This document shows, in pieces, positions 1 to 15,327 of a stretch of DNA of 64,000 bases. Made by a program: the position numbers and the translations under genes. Source of the DNA: the human T2T-CHM13v2.0 reference genome, Homo sapiens; the NCBI RefSeq assembly GCF_009914755.1, contig NC_060947.1; one strand, written 5' to 3'. The stretch's first letter is position 1; the number at the start of each line of letters is the position of its first letter. The notes below the pieces were generated by a model. That model ran no database searches and was not told the origin of the DNA. It saw only the letters and a program-made list of their open reading frames with translations.

Positions 1-19
1 TGTGTCAGGAAAGATGCAA

Positions 20-170
20 TTCATTTATCATTCATTCCTTATTCCTTCCTAAATTCATTTCTTAAATTTTTTTTGAGCACGTACTGCATGGGTCTGTGGA
101 GTATTCTAGGTGTAGGGAGTAAAGTAGACATGCAAGCTGTTTTGGTCTGCTCAAACTTCCTTGACATGAG
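20..170 (-). mobile_element. L2 LINE 3'-end fragment (ancient)
   Basis: 'tcattcattcc...ttttgagcacgtactg...tattctaggtgtaggg' resembles the reverse complement of the L2 3' end. Confidence 0.5.
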
Positions 171-265
171 ACAAACAGCACATCGAGAGCTCAGTGACAC
201 TGCTGTGTCTCTGCCTGAAGGGTTTGCATTCTTCAACTTGATAACTGAGTACAAGATCCCTGCTA

Positions 266-1470
<1,205 letters not shown>

Positions 1471-1889
1471 GAGAAAGTGTAAATAACACAGCGTTCAGCC
1501 CTCATGATACTAAAATCAGTCTAATGGGCAAAGATTTGGAGGCAGGTAAAGATTTATTTGGCATTGTTTTTTCCCCTTGGTTATCTGACAGAGTGCTCTA
1601 TTTCAGAACCCACAGGTAGGGATAAGGATCTGAATGCAGTGTATTTTGGGCATTTTTTGTCTTCAGTATTAGAGGAGTAACTAATCAGCAGCTAGGAAGG
1701 ATATAGTGTAGTGCAAAGTGACCCTACAAACATGAGGTGGAATGTGCATGTAAGGAAAATTTGGAAATTGCTTCTAACATCTCTTTTGGAAGTTGTTTTT
1801 CACCAGTTGGTTTTCTACTTTAGCTATATGCTTAGATCACTGAGTAGGTGGCTGTCCACTCGTAAACAGCATAGTATGTTAAAATAATT

Positions 1890-2102
1890 CCAGCCTGGGC
1901 AACAGGGCAAAACCCTGTCTCTATTAAAAATGCAGACAATTAGACAGATGTGGTGGCGCATGCCTGTAATCCCAGCTACTCTGGAAGCTGAGGTGGGAGG
2001 ACTGCTTGAGCCTAAGAAGTCGAGGCTGCAGTGGGCTATGATTGTACCGCTGCACTCCAGCCTGGATGGCAGAGCAAGACCCAGTCTGAAAAGACAAAAA
2101 AA
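1890..2102 (+). mobile_element. AluJ, 5'-truncated
   Basis: J-type 'ggaggactgcttgagcc...gaggctgcagtg'; flanks aaaataatt / aagataatt. Confidence 0.9.
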
Positions 2103-2923
2103 GATAATTACACTGCAGACTAACTGCCTTACAAGAATGTCATATTGTGCTTTTCTCGTATGGACCTTAAGTGCTAATTTCCATCCAGTTTCTAGCATTT
2201 GTGTTCACTAAACAAAAATCATCTTTGTTATTGAGATAACAAAGAGAGTTCTGCATTTATAGTCTAGATGAAAAAATGTTAAATAAGTGGTAGAAAGCTC
2301 TAAATATTGACAGGAATAAGTATGAGATGTATATGATTGGCATAAGCATACTCAGAAAAATGAATAAGAAAGTGGGAACAAAATTGTAAGTGGAGAATAT
2401 TTAAAGAAGAACAAAATAAAGGAAATGTTTATTTAGAAAATAACCCAACTACACTAGATAAAGGTGATACTTAAAACAAAGGTAACACTTGAAAATACTA
2501 TTGTTGTTAGTTGATTTTAGAGATCTACTATTATTAGAATAAGTAATAAGTAATTAATTTTATATTTATTCTCTATTTTATGCTTTAATATGCCTGTATG
2601 TCATTATTAATACTGGAATTAAAAATGTACAACATAATGTTATAAAAAGACTTTGTAATAAAAAGCATTCAACTTTACCCTTAATTTCTTTAAAAAAAAT
2701 GCAGATTCATGGCTCATTCTTTATCCAATTCTGAGTTCCAACAATCAAAAATCAAGTATATTTTGGTGCCAAAAAATGCAATTTAACTGTGTACTAGATA
2801 CCGGGAATTATTATTTACTCACAAGAATACAACTAGAATTGCATAGGTGAGATTTAGACTTAGAATTAGACATTGTCTAGAAAGGATGTTGAAATTCTTA
2901 GGTGCATCAAAACATGTAGCCTT

Positions 2924-3262
<339 letters not shown>

Positions 3263-4701
3263 TCAGGATATATTCTGATATCCTATATATCAACTATATA
3301 TAAAAACATTTCACATACAGTTGAAGCAAATACAGTATCACAAAATATTAAGAATTGTTCGGTCTAGGGCAGAGGATTTGGTGTTATTATCGTACTTGCT
3401 CTTTATTTCTGTACATTTGAATGTTCTCAAAATCAAATGACTGGGAAGGCAATATTGCAGTTCCTGGAAAGAAAGTAATGCACGTGCACTTAATACAGTG
3501 TGAACACATTTATTTATTCCTATTTTATTTTATTTGAAACGTATCTTCTTTAAAATTTGGAGTAATGGTGAAGGGCCCTTCAACAAATTAACAGATTTGT
3601 TTGTCTTCCTACAATACTGTCATTTACGTAGCCTTACGGCAGGGAAGAAGACGGGGCTAGTACTTTAACATTTGCTCCTTGAAAGCTAAGCCTATGATGT
3701 GAGTTTCAGGGATTGCGTTTCTCAGGAGAAGCAAAGATCGAAAGCTTGTACAGCAGTCAGTCTTGTGAATGCCCCTATTTAAAGCGTAAAGTGTACATGA
3801 AGGCTGACTTAGCGGAAGGCTTCATTCATTGGGACGCCAAGCCATGACTCCCCCACAAAAAGAAGCCTATTGTATAGTATAGATTCATCACTTTGTCCAA
3901 AGTCTGGTGTTAAATAAATTCCAAGAACATCATCAGGTAGACCCCAAATAAATGTGTGTGTGTCTGTCTTTTTTTTTTTTTAAAGTTAACACTCTTTGGA
4001 GTTCCATATGCCTACGAATTGCTCAGAGAATAAGTGATCAATAATAGATCATATTGTGGCTTAAGGGGTAGAGGAGGAAACATCTTTTCTATTTGACATG
4101 GTGTCATAGCGTGTAACAAGGCTGACCTTCAAGGAAGCCTAAAGATGAGAAAGAGGCCTCTGATTTCTGATTGGGCTACAAATTATATTCAGTTTGGTGG
4201 TAAGTTTTTGTGAAAACAATCTAAAAGGTTCAAAGAATTCAATAATGAACTTAATAAAGTATAAGTAATTGTGATATATAGAATTTCATTTTGCAGATGT
4301 CCATGAGTAAAACCGATTTTATTCTATTTATTCTAAGCACAGTAATAATTTACGAGACTCTTAATTGCATTGTGATATGGAAGGTGCGGACTATAAGCAG
4401 AGGAACAAAAGAATTGTACTATTGAGAAACTGTGATCCTACCATAAAACTTTGCTCAGCAAAGTTTATGTGAAGTTCAGAATTCTCTTAAGGGAGGTACT
4501 GTTTTTAGTGCTGAGAAACTGCAGGTGTCTGACATAAAACAGGTCTGATTTCCACAAACCCAGTTCATTTTGAAACACTGTCAGGAAGTGTTACTTTTGG
4601 AAATGTTGAACAAGCTGGGATCACTTTTGAAGTAGGTACACAAAATGCAGGCGTCCATTTCTTTGAACTTTTAAACATTTCTAGACATACTAGTCTGTAA
4701 T

Positions 4702-5465
<764 letters not shown>

Positions 5466-6456
5466 GAGGTGATGATCAGCACGGTGCCTGCTTCTGGAGG
5501 CTGTTCCACACACAGGGTTGAAACATGTGTGAACACCATGAAAAGGCAGAGGACTTGCTCAGCTGGAGGAGCTGACATAATGTGGTTCAGTGCATGAACA
5601 AAAGACTGAATCAATTTCAGGTGAGAGAGGGACAAGTAAGTTCTCATTGCACTGGTCCTTGGAGGCCATACATACTTTGAAGCTTGTTCTAACAATAATA
5701 TAAAAATATTTGAATGTTTTACAGAGGAAAAGATTCTTAGATGTTGTGTGGATAATAGATTGTGGTGGGCTAAGGGTAGAGGCAGCAAGGATGTGCGAGA
5801 AGGTTCTGAGGTTGTCCAGGCAGATGGTGGCAGTCATGGTAGAAATGGAAGTTCAGTAAGGTTTGCTTTCAACATAGACACAATGGAATTTATTAAGGTA
5901 TTTATTGTGATGTGGGACATCCTAAATCTAAATATAAATATTGATGACTTTTTAGATATAATGATTTTTTAGATGTTCAAACATCCGGCAGAAGGGAAGA
6001 GGGATGAGTGGGATTTAAAAGCTAATAGCAGTCATATAACAAGAAATGGAGTTAGTCTTATTATGGTATCCATGTCACCATCTTGGACAACTTAAGCACT
6101 GATGTGACATCATAGATGTCTATTGAAGATGATGCTTTCCTGGAGCATCAATACCAGGAAAGTGAACTCATCGGGGCTATGTAAGAAGTCTGACCATCAC
6201 AGGGAATGGTGTAAGGATTTGGTGTAAGAAGGTGAGAGAACTCAGAAACCAGCAACCACCTCTTTAGGGTGGATGTTAGCAGTTCACTACAGCCACATGC
6301 TACCAGGAGTTCTTGTTTATTTTATTTACTGTTTGGGTCCAGAAACCCCTGAACACTGAGGGGTGGTGCATGTGACGTCAGTGCTCATAACTTCACTAAG
6401 TGAGATTTTATGTGGAATAATGCCTTGTAGTTTGCAAACCTTCATACATCAAAAGA

Positions 6457-7586
6457 CAGTCAATTTGTCATCATTCACAACACTGATGTTGTAGAAATTC
6501 ACCATGGACAATGGATTAGCCAATGCTAAATAGTTTTTCCTGGGAAAATACAGAGTTGGGTTTCTGTGAGACTCTAGTTACATTTTCATCAGTGGAGCAA
6601 CATATAACCTTGTTTTATGTGTATTTCTGTTTAAAGACACCTTATTTAATCTATAATGTATTGCTGATTCATTTACATTGAACTCATGGCCAGCAGCACT
6701 ATAACTCATGACTGAGCAAAGCTTACCTAACACACATATTATCTCTGCAAGGCACATCAGAGTATTTGAAACCAGAACTTCCTCCATAGAAGTGATGTTT
6801 ACAGTCTTTTTGAATAAACACAGAAATTGACCCTCCCATTCTTAAGGCTTACAACTTACAATTCTCTTAACTGAGTTTCTCTCTCAGGAAACTCACCATC
6901 AGGCCTCCCTGATAGTATCACCAGATCACTGCATCCAGACAAAGAGAAGGCAGAACGCTGACTGCCTAACTGACCATCTGCTTCCTGTTGACAAACTCCT
7001 TTTCCTTACCTCTCCCTAATTCCTGTTTTCCACTTATGGCTGTATTCTTTGCCTGCTTTATGACCCCCCAATTTTAGTTAGCTGAGGAGATGGATTTGAG
7101 ACTTATCTCCCATCTCCTTGGCTGATGTCACCCGAATGAAGCCTTCTTCCCTGGCAATACTCATTGTCTCAGTGACTGGCTTTCTGTGCAATGAGATACT
7201 GACCTACGCTGAACCCCTGATGTTTCAGTAACACTTTCTTGTGCTTAGGGACACACGAAGACACTGAAGCCTCCACTTCAGTGCCATTTTAAATAGTAAC
7301 ATCACCAACAAAAAGCACGAACATGCAAAAAAAATGAATGTGGCACTGAGTAGACTTTAAGAAGTACACTTGCTTACAGTACAAAGGCTGAAAGAAGACA
7401 ACACATTGCCTTGTTTAACCTCAGATGGGCAACTTCGTATCAGGAGACTCAAATTTCTGACCGCTCTGTTCATGTCCATAACTGACTGCAAAGCACCACC
7501 AGCATTGATGGGGGAGAAAAAAAAATAAATGTCGTCTGGCAGGCAAATTTGCAACTACAGAATTCATAAATGATGAGGATGGACCA
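6457..7586 (-). mobile_element. MER82 (TcMar-Tigger) DNA transposon, split by an LTR
   Basis: Matches to recalled consensus: aaccttgttttatgtgtatttctgtttaaagacaccttatttaat, cagcactataactcatg, ttgccttgtttaacctcag. The two halves join across 6767-7233. Confidence 0.8.
6767..7233 (+). mobile_element. ERV1 (MER4-group, possibly LTR54-like) solo LTR nested in MER82
   Basis: tgaaacc...gtaaca termini; gaaattgaccctccc, gatttgagact-atctcccatctcc, agccttcttccctggcaatactc. Subfamily uncertain. Confidence 0.72.
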
Positions 7587-8540
7587 TACATCACTCCCTA
7601 ACAAAATAAGGAGATGCAGAAATATGAATTTATAGAAATGCCCAGTGTTAAAAATGAAAAACTCCCACTAGCTCCCAATAGATCTCTCTTTTGTGTACCC
7701 CTCAAAGTGTTAAGCATTAGAGATAAAATATGACCCTGCTGGAGAACGTAGGCATTGACAACATACACAAAAATAACATAAAGTATTGCAATCAGATAAC
7801 CACATGGGCACAATGCTGGTGGTTAGCTGATACATTTGAATGGAAGAAAATTTTAAAAGAGAGAAGCTAGATGATTTGACATTTAAAATTCAGTATCAGG
7901 GAATTCAAGAAGAAGAGGCATGAGGGTGTTAGATGGTAGATTCCAGAAGACAGGTCATAGAGTGGGAATTTATAAAATAGCTGCCCTTGTCTTCTTTTTC
8001 CTGGGGATCCTGAGGGCAATCTGTCAATTACTAAAACCTCTGCCTAATTTTTTTCTTCCGATGTGTGGATTAAATATCCACTCCCAGCCCAGTTTAGAAA
8101 ATGACACTTGAGCCTCCTCAAATCCAGCTATCATTTCTTACAGGCTCATCCCTAAGGCTGGACCCGCTCTCTCTCTCTCCACTTGGTTCCCATTTGCAAA
8201 GCTGTGTCTCAGAGTGGCTCCCATTTGCAGAGAAAGAAGCAAGGAGGAAACACATGGCTAAGCTTTCTTTGTATTCAGCTCTGTCTCCCCCTCTTTCCCA
8301 TCTGAGGTTGGACATTCAGCATTGTCTGTGATCTTTATTGGTTTTCTCTAATATTCTCGTTTCCAAATCTATAAGCAGCATATTCCTCAAACCCACAACT
8401 ACAGCACAGTAAAATCTTAATATTCCTATTGATTCCAGCACGAACCTTAGTAGTCAAGGATTTTTTTTTTTTCTTCTCAAGCACTCACTATGCGCAGCAG
8501 TCAGTCTGCTCAATTAGAGTTTTATTGACATCAGTGATCC

Positions 8541-9251
8541 TGTTAGTAGCTACAAATCCATACGGGTCTGCAGCAACCTCAATTCTTGTCTCTTCAGAAG
8601 AAAGAATTTGACCAAGGGGCATGAGGCAGAGGGAGAGACTAAGTCAAGTTTTAGAGCAAGAGTGAAAGTTTATTAAAAATTTAGAGCAGGAACAACAGGA
8701 AGTAAAGTACACTTGGAAGAGGGCCAAGTGGAAGACTTGAGAGATCCAAGTGCACGGTTTGACCTTTGACTTGGTATTTTATACATGGACATACTTCTGG
8801 GGTGTCACATTCCTTCTGCCCTGATTCTTCCCTTGGGGTGGGCTGTCCACATGCACAGTCGGCTGCCAGTACTCGGCAGGGGCTGCACGCACAGTGTGTT
8901 TACTGGAGTTGTACGCATGCTCACTTGAGGCGTTTTTCCCTTACCAGTCGAGTGTTCCTAAAGGAAGGTCAAACACCAGTTCAACTCTGCCATTCTGCCT
9001 CTTAATGTGGATGCTTGAGCCCACTCATCAAACCCCTGAGAACTTACTGGGAAGTTGCTGATCAATAGTTTCGGGGTTTGAAAAAAACCTATTGGTAGAC
9101 TGTCTTTCCCTGGTGCCAGCTGTGACCAATTATTATTTTAGGCAGACAACTTAACAACTGCCTGCTATCACCTGATGGTTGCCTGACTTTCCTTGGTCGG
9201 GGCAGGGGCTCTCTTGCTCTGCTCATGTCTGCCTGACTACCTGCTCTAACA
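8541..9251 (-). mobile_element. MER50-like ERV1 solo LTR
   Basis: Reverse strand begins tgttagagcaggtagtcaggcagacatgagcag and ends ...gctgcagacccgtatgga...taaca; 4-bp TSD atcc/ttcc. Confidence 0.8.
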
Positions 9252-9543
9252 TTCCAGTTATTAGCTTTGAATGCAGAAAAAGTTGGGGAGAGACAGACAC
9301 CTCCAGCAGTCTTCTCCCAGCATGAGATGTCTGTGGATGAGTCATGGAACAAAATAGATCAGGATTCTCTGCTTCTTCAAAAACAAATCCTCAAGTGACC
9401 CCATAATATTGCTTTAAAGTAATTTTTGTGAACATTGAGACAGTCCATGACTTAATTCAAAAATGGAAATTAGTTGTAACATCTTGTGGGCTGTGTGCCC
9501 AGTGACACACTACATTAGACACACTATTATATCAGTTTAGCCT

Positions 9544-10237
9544 TGTAAACTAAAAATATAACCTTAAGCCCCCCAAATAACTGAATGGGCCCCGCTTTTG
9601 CCCAAGAGTCCCAAGAGAAACCTGAAAAGCTGAATTCCCAGCCATCACCAGAGCGAGGTGGAGGTGTTAAACTCCTTTTTGGAGTTTAGGCAAAACTGAC
9701 CAACATTAACGTAAAACTAGAAACCATAAGACTGATAAAACAGATGCTTTGTGGAATAAGATACCAAATGCCAAGATATAGCATCATATGACAGACAGCA
9801 GACCCCAAAAGGAGAAAGTCAAAATATTTTACCACCAAAAATAATTTACTTGACGTATTTTGAAATGCCCTAGCAAAGCCATCTCTTGTGGCGGTGCGTG
9901 TGTGTGTGTGTGTGTGTGTGTGCAATTTGCATCTATAGACAATCTCCATGAATGCAACCAGGCCTTCCCTTTCTAGGTCTTTCCTGTATCTACGAGAGAT
10001 TAAATGAGTGAGTCTGACACCTTTCAAGTCTGAAAAGAGACATTCACCATCTATTCTCTCCGAGGGCTGCTGTCTACGAGGTTTCGTCTACATAACAAGA
10101 ATCTTGGTTTCCACAATTCCTCTTGTCTGAACTCAAACATTTATTTCTACTAACTTCAGGTATTTAGACCAGACTTAAATCTTTCAACCAATCGGTAATC
10201 AGAAAATCTATGAATCCACCTATGACTTGTAAGTTCT
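9544..10237 (+). mobile_element. MER4 (B/D/E-type) LTR, 3' part missing; contains (GT)n at ~9898-9922
   Basis: tgtaaactaaaaat...aagccccc start; ctgaaaagagacattcaccatctattctctc; aaccaat...cagaaaat...ccacctatgac. Confidence 0.78.
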
Positions 10238-10510
10238 TGTCAGAGGCATTTGAACCAGAGCAACTCCGTCTTGTATAGAGAGAGGCTGGGTAAAATGAGG
10301 CTAAAATCTACTGGGCTGCATTCCCAGATGGTTAAGGCATTCTAAGTCACAGGATGAGATAGGAGGTCAGCACAAGATACAGGTCATAAAGACCTTGCAG
10401 ATAAAACAGGTGGCAGTAAAGAAGCCAGCCAAATCCCACCAAAAACAAGATGGCCACGAGAGTAACCTCTGGTGTCCTCACTACTACACTCCCACCAGTG
10501 CTATGACAGT
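10238..10510 (+). mobile_element. MER41 LTR, 5' half only
   Basis: tgtcagaggcatttgaaccagagcaactcc start; ctactgggctgcattcccaga; cacaagatacaggtcataaagacc; breaks after 'atgacagt'. Confidence 0.87.
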
Positions 10511-10849
10511 AAGTGAGCCACACCCCTGTCGCAAGTCCTGCAAAGAGGTCAAGGGAAATCTTCCATCTCAATAGTAGGCTAAAACAATAGCCAAGGAAGT
10601 TAGAATCACATGATGTTTGATTTCTTTAGAAAGACTAAAGATAATATCTTAGCATATATCCCTGAGATGTTTTTTTCAGATATCTGGACTGTCACCAAAC
10701 AGATCTCCTGGCATGTAGACCTCAGGTAAGGGGAACTAAAGACTGAACTCTGACTGCCTGTTCTTTGTTCTATGTATTTTTTTGAGGGACCTAGAGGAGG
10801 TCATGCTCACGAGCCACAGCTAACATTCTTTTCTGTTAACCCCAAATTT

Positions 10850-10892
<43 letters not shown>

Positions 10893-11557
10893 TTTTTGAG
10901 ACAGGGTGTTCCTCTGTCACCTAGGCTGGAGTGCAGTGGCGTGATCTCCGCTCACTGCAACCTCTGCCTCCTGGGTTCATGTGATTCTCTTGCCTCAGCC
11001 TCCTGAGTAGCGAGTAGCTGGGACTACAGGCATGCAGCACCACACCCAGCTAATTTTTGTATTTTTTGGTGGAGACGGGGTTTCACTGTGTTGGCCATGC
11101 TGTTCTCTAACTCCTGGCTTCAAGTGATCTGCCCACCTTGGCCTCCCAAATTGCTGGGATTATAGGAGTGAACTACTGCACCCGGCCTGACCCCAAATTT
11201 TTAAAAAAAACCTTCTCTCCTTAACCAATTTCAAATCAGAAAATGTTCTAATCTACTTATGACCTGTATGCCCCCACTTCAAAATATTCTTCCATGTTAG
11301 GCCAAGACCAATATGTAACTTTTTGGTATTGATTTACTATTTTGCCTGTAGTTTCTGCTTTCCTGAAGTTTAGCTCTACCTTTGAAAATCCCTACCTGCA
11401 AGCCATTGCAGAGGCTGGGTCTTAAGCATGAGCTGCCTGATTCTTCTTGCTTGGTGCCCTGCAAATAAACACCCTCCTTTCTCCTGCTACAAAGCCTCTG
11501 AATGGATATCTGGTCTTATTGTGCTGGGTGAGTGGACCCCAGTTGGGTTTCATAACA
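10511..11557 (+). mobile_element. MER4-group ERV1 LTR lacking its 5' end (subfamily uncertain), with Alu insertion
   Basis: taacattcttttctg...ccccaaatt, aaccaat...aatcagaaaat, polyA signal gcaaataaac, ends cataaca. Confidence 0.65.
10853..11187 (-). mobile_element. AluS with (TTTA)n tail
   Basis: Full dimer; TSD t(a/g)accccaaattttta at 10837-10852 and 11188-11203. Confidence 0.95.
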
Positions 11558-11924
11558 ATGAGCAAGGAAGAAATTTGCATCAGAAGCAAGTACACCTTTT
11601 TACAAAGTACAGAACACCTTTGGGAGAATTAAATAAATAAAATTATCATCCCAACTATTAAGACATTTAACAATAGTTTTTTAGTACCAGTTTCAGCTCA
11701 GACGCGGAACTTTAGATTACATTCCCAACATTCTTTCAAAGCTGTCCTCTTTCTCCAACTCCAGAAAATGAGTATCATGAAACTGCAAGACTATGATATT
11801 TTTTAGGGTGATAACCTTGTACTTGCTCTAATCATAGGGGAAAAAAAAGATGTTGGCCTGTTGAATCTTGTTAATTATTGAACAAAACACTCGCAAAATT
11901 GTTAGCAGTGCTCTCAGTGGTTAG

Positions 11925-12240
11925 ATTTCTGGTGGCCTCAGAATGTACTACTGTGCACTAAGAATGACCTTCAATGGCCTTCACTCTTGGAGGGTGAGTG
12001 GAACGTGTGAATACAATGAGTGATTACTCCCATGATTTGGTTGTTTTATGGTACAAAATGGCGAATAGCTGAGTGATCCCAATTTAAGCAACAGGAGCCA
12101 TAACAGCTGACCATTTTCTTGCCAGGGTTGCAGAAGGTGAGGTCAGAAGGACAGGAAGCATACAAAGTGTTTGCTTGCCTACTTATGGATTTGAGGATAG
12201 AAGGAACCAATGATTTCGAGTAAGAATTCTTGGGCAGCTA
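11925..12240 (+). mobile_element. Degraded MLT1 LTR fragment
   Basis: cttggagggtgagtggaacgtgtgaatacaatgag...ctcccatgatt resembles older MLT1 elements. Confidence 0.4.
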
Positions 12241-13312
12241 AGTGTGTGTGTTGCAGACGTGTAGCAGCTTGAATGCATAGCAATGTGCAGAAAAGATGAT
12301 GGCAAATTTGTTGTCATTAAGACTTCATCTTTCTTCTCTGAATATTAATCACCAGGTTATATATGGTGTGTCATTTGTCCTGAAGTAGTAAAGACATTTT
12401 CTCATGTTCTGGATTAACTGTTTCATAAGGCAATTTATTATTCTCTGGTTTTTTTTTGTGTGTGTGTGTGCTTGCAGAGTGGCTAACAGTGGCATAAATC
12501 TCTCTTTTGATGAAGCCTTTCAAATCTAGGGAAATGGAAATAGAATAAGGTCCTCAACTTTCTTTTCTGGAAAAGTCAGTGCCTAGATCATAATGTTCAC
12601 TTCTGTGGATGGAGCTGCATCTCCGTAAATGGAAGTTGTCTCAAAGAGGCATGCTGTTCCACATCTGTCAAAACTGGGTCAGTAATACTCAATTTCCTAC
12701 GCCCAAAGCCTATGTCCTCTATAATCTATAATCTATTTTTTATGTATGTAATCTTTGTAACTTATGGATGGATTAAGAGGACAAAGACATGGGCATTTTG
12801 TGTGTTGGTATTAATACATATTTATTCATTTAGAAGCAAAATATGAGAGCCCCCATAAAAGCACTGAAATTGATTAAAGCTGAATGTGATGTGATGTAGA
12901 TCATTTGAATGATCTCTGCATAGCATGCAGATTTGTTTTTCAACACATTTTTTAAGCTGTGCTTTGTGTATGTGTACACACCATCTGACAGCACAAATAA
13001 TAAAGCTAGGAAATGCCTTCTATGCATCAAGACTCAGTTAATCTTTTACTATTAGGATTAGGTAACACACAAATTGGGCTTTTCATTCTAACTTTTAAAT
13101 TTTAAAAGTTCTCAAGCTCATAATTGCACATATCTCAAATATTGGGATACTTAACTTACAGTCATCATGAAGTGTCCTCTGTCCCCCACAAACAAGGAAA
13201 TTCTCTACTCTCTACCTTCAGCTCTGTGTTTGAATTGGCCATTGCTGACTCTTTTCCTTCTTTGTCTAGTTCATGGCATTTCGAGCAATGCAGAAAGACT
13301 AGACATGGCCAT

Positions 13313-13640
13313 TGTAACAGTCATCAGTTGCTGCGTAACAAGTAATCCCCAAATACGGTGGCTCAAAGCAGTAAATATAAACTCACATGTCTTCTTTAGG
13401 TTGGGACTTGGTGAGCAGTTCAGGTGATTGATTCTGGTGCAGTCCAGTTGTCAGCTGGGGGTGCAGTCATTTGAGACTGAACTTGAGCTGGATGATCTTC
13501 TTCCAAAGGACAACTATGGTGATGCTTGGGAGGCTAAAATTCTTCTCCAGGTGGCTTTTTCCATAGGGCTGTCCATAGCATGGGTTTCTTAAAAGGGAAT
13601 GATCAAACAGAGAGGGAGAGAGAATAAATGTCACATTTTA
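13313..13640 (-). mobile_element. MLT1F/G/H-type LTR, part 1
   Basis: ttgctgcgtaacaa...cccaaa...gtggctcaaa; gtcagctggg...gcagtcatttga; cttccaa. Confidence 0.65.
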
Positions 13641-14650
13641 TTTATTCAAATAAATAAACATCACATTTTATTTATTCAAATAAATAAACATCACATTTTA
13701 TTTATTCAAATAAATAAACATCACATTTTATTTATTCAAATAAATAAACATCACATTTTATTTATTCAAATAAATAAATATCACATTTTATTTATTCAAA
13801 TAAATAAACATCACATTTTATTTATTCAAATAAATAAACATCACATTTTATTTATTCAAATAAATAAACATCACATTTTATTTATTCAAATAAATAAACA
13901 TCACATTTTATTTATTCAAATAAATAAACATCACATTTTATTTATTCAAATAAATAAACATCACATTTTATTTATTCAAATAAATAAACATCACATTTTA
14001 TTTATTCAAATAAATAAACATCACATTTTATTTATTCAAATAAACATCACATTTTATTTATTCAAATAAACATCACATTTTATTTATTCAAATAAACATC
14101 ACATTTTATTTATTCAAATAAACATCACATTTTATTTATTCAAATAAATTAACGTCACATTTTATTTATTCAAATAAATTAACGTCACATTTTATTTATT
14201 CAAATAAATTAACGTCACATTTTATTTATTAAAATAAATTAACGTCACATTTTATTTATTAAAATAAATAAACGTCACATTTTATTAAAATAAATAAACG
14301 TCACATTTTATTAAAATAAATAAACGTCACATTTTATTTATTAAAATAAATAAACGTCACATTTTATTTATTAAAATAAATAAACGTCACATTTTATTTA
14401 TTAAAATAAATAAACGTCACATTTTATTTATTAAAATAAATTAACGTCATATTTTATTTATTAAAATAAACGTCACATTTTATTAAAATAAATAAACGTC
14501 ACATTTTATTTATTAAAATAAATAAACATCACATTTTATTTATTAAAATAAATAAACGTCACATTTTATTAAAATAAATAAACGTCACATTTTATTTATT
14601 AAAATAAATAAACGTCACATTTTATTTATTAAAATAAACATCACATTTTA
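13631..14650. repeat. AT-rich minisatellite (VNTR), ~35 units of 30 or 26 bp
   Basis: Unit tcacattttatttatt(c/a)aaataaat(a/t)aac(a/g); 13 units of 30 bp at 13631-14020, followed by variant blocks. Confidence 0.98.
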
Positions 14651-14948
14651 ATTTATTAGTTTATGTAAGTTATATTGTGGCTTTATATATATATACATAA
14701 ATGCATATCAATTTTGTAATTATGTCCATACATATCTAGAAATCTTATATACATATACAGAAATTACATACCTATGAATCATATACCTAAATATGATTAA
14801 AATGGCAAATTATACTATATATATGTACATATGCGTGTAGATATATACATGTAGGTGTGTGTGTATAATACAATTTGCCATTTAACCTTTTTAGATGTAC
14901 AATTCAGTGGCATTCATTACATTTAAAATGTTGTGGAAGCATCACCAC

Positions 14949-15327
14949 TGTTATGGATTGAATTGCTTCCCCCAAAAATTCACATGTTGAACGCCTAAAT
15001 TCCTATGTGACTGCGTTTGGAGTTAGGGTCTTTACAGAGGTAATTAAGTTAGAATTAGGTCACTAAAGTGGATCTCAATCCAATAGGACTGGTGTCCTTA
15101 TAAGAAGAGAAGATTAGGATACAGGCACTCACAGAGGGACAACTGTGTGAGGACACAGGGAGAAGATGGGTTCTACAAGCCAGGGAGAGAGGCCTCAGGA
15201 AGCACGAGCCTTGTCGACACCTTGATCTTGGGCTTCCAGCCTCCAGGACTATGAGAATATAAATTTCAGTTATTTAAGCTGCCCAGTGTGTGGTACTTTG
15301 TCATGACAATCTTAGCAAACTAGTACA
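14949..15327 (+). mobile_element. MLT1B solo LTR
   Basis: tgttatgg...tagtaca termini; gactggtgtccttataagaaga; TSD accac/accaa. Confidence 0.9.

Noticed and set aside
10238-10510. MER41 as an interferon/STAT1 enhancer
   Set aside because: The copy is truncated at about half length and I see no tandem TTCNNNGAA motifs in what remains.
13599-14069. 156-aa ORF of repeated HHILFIQINK, and a CRISPR-like appearance of the array
   Set aside because: The ORF is just the in-frame reading of the 30-bp unit. The repeats are contiguous with no unique spacers, there are no cas genes, and the DNA is primate.
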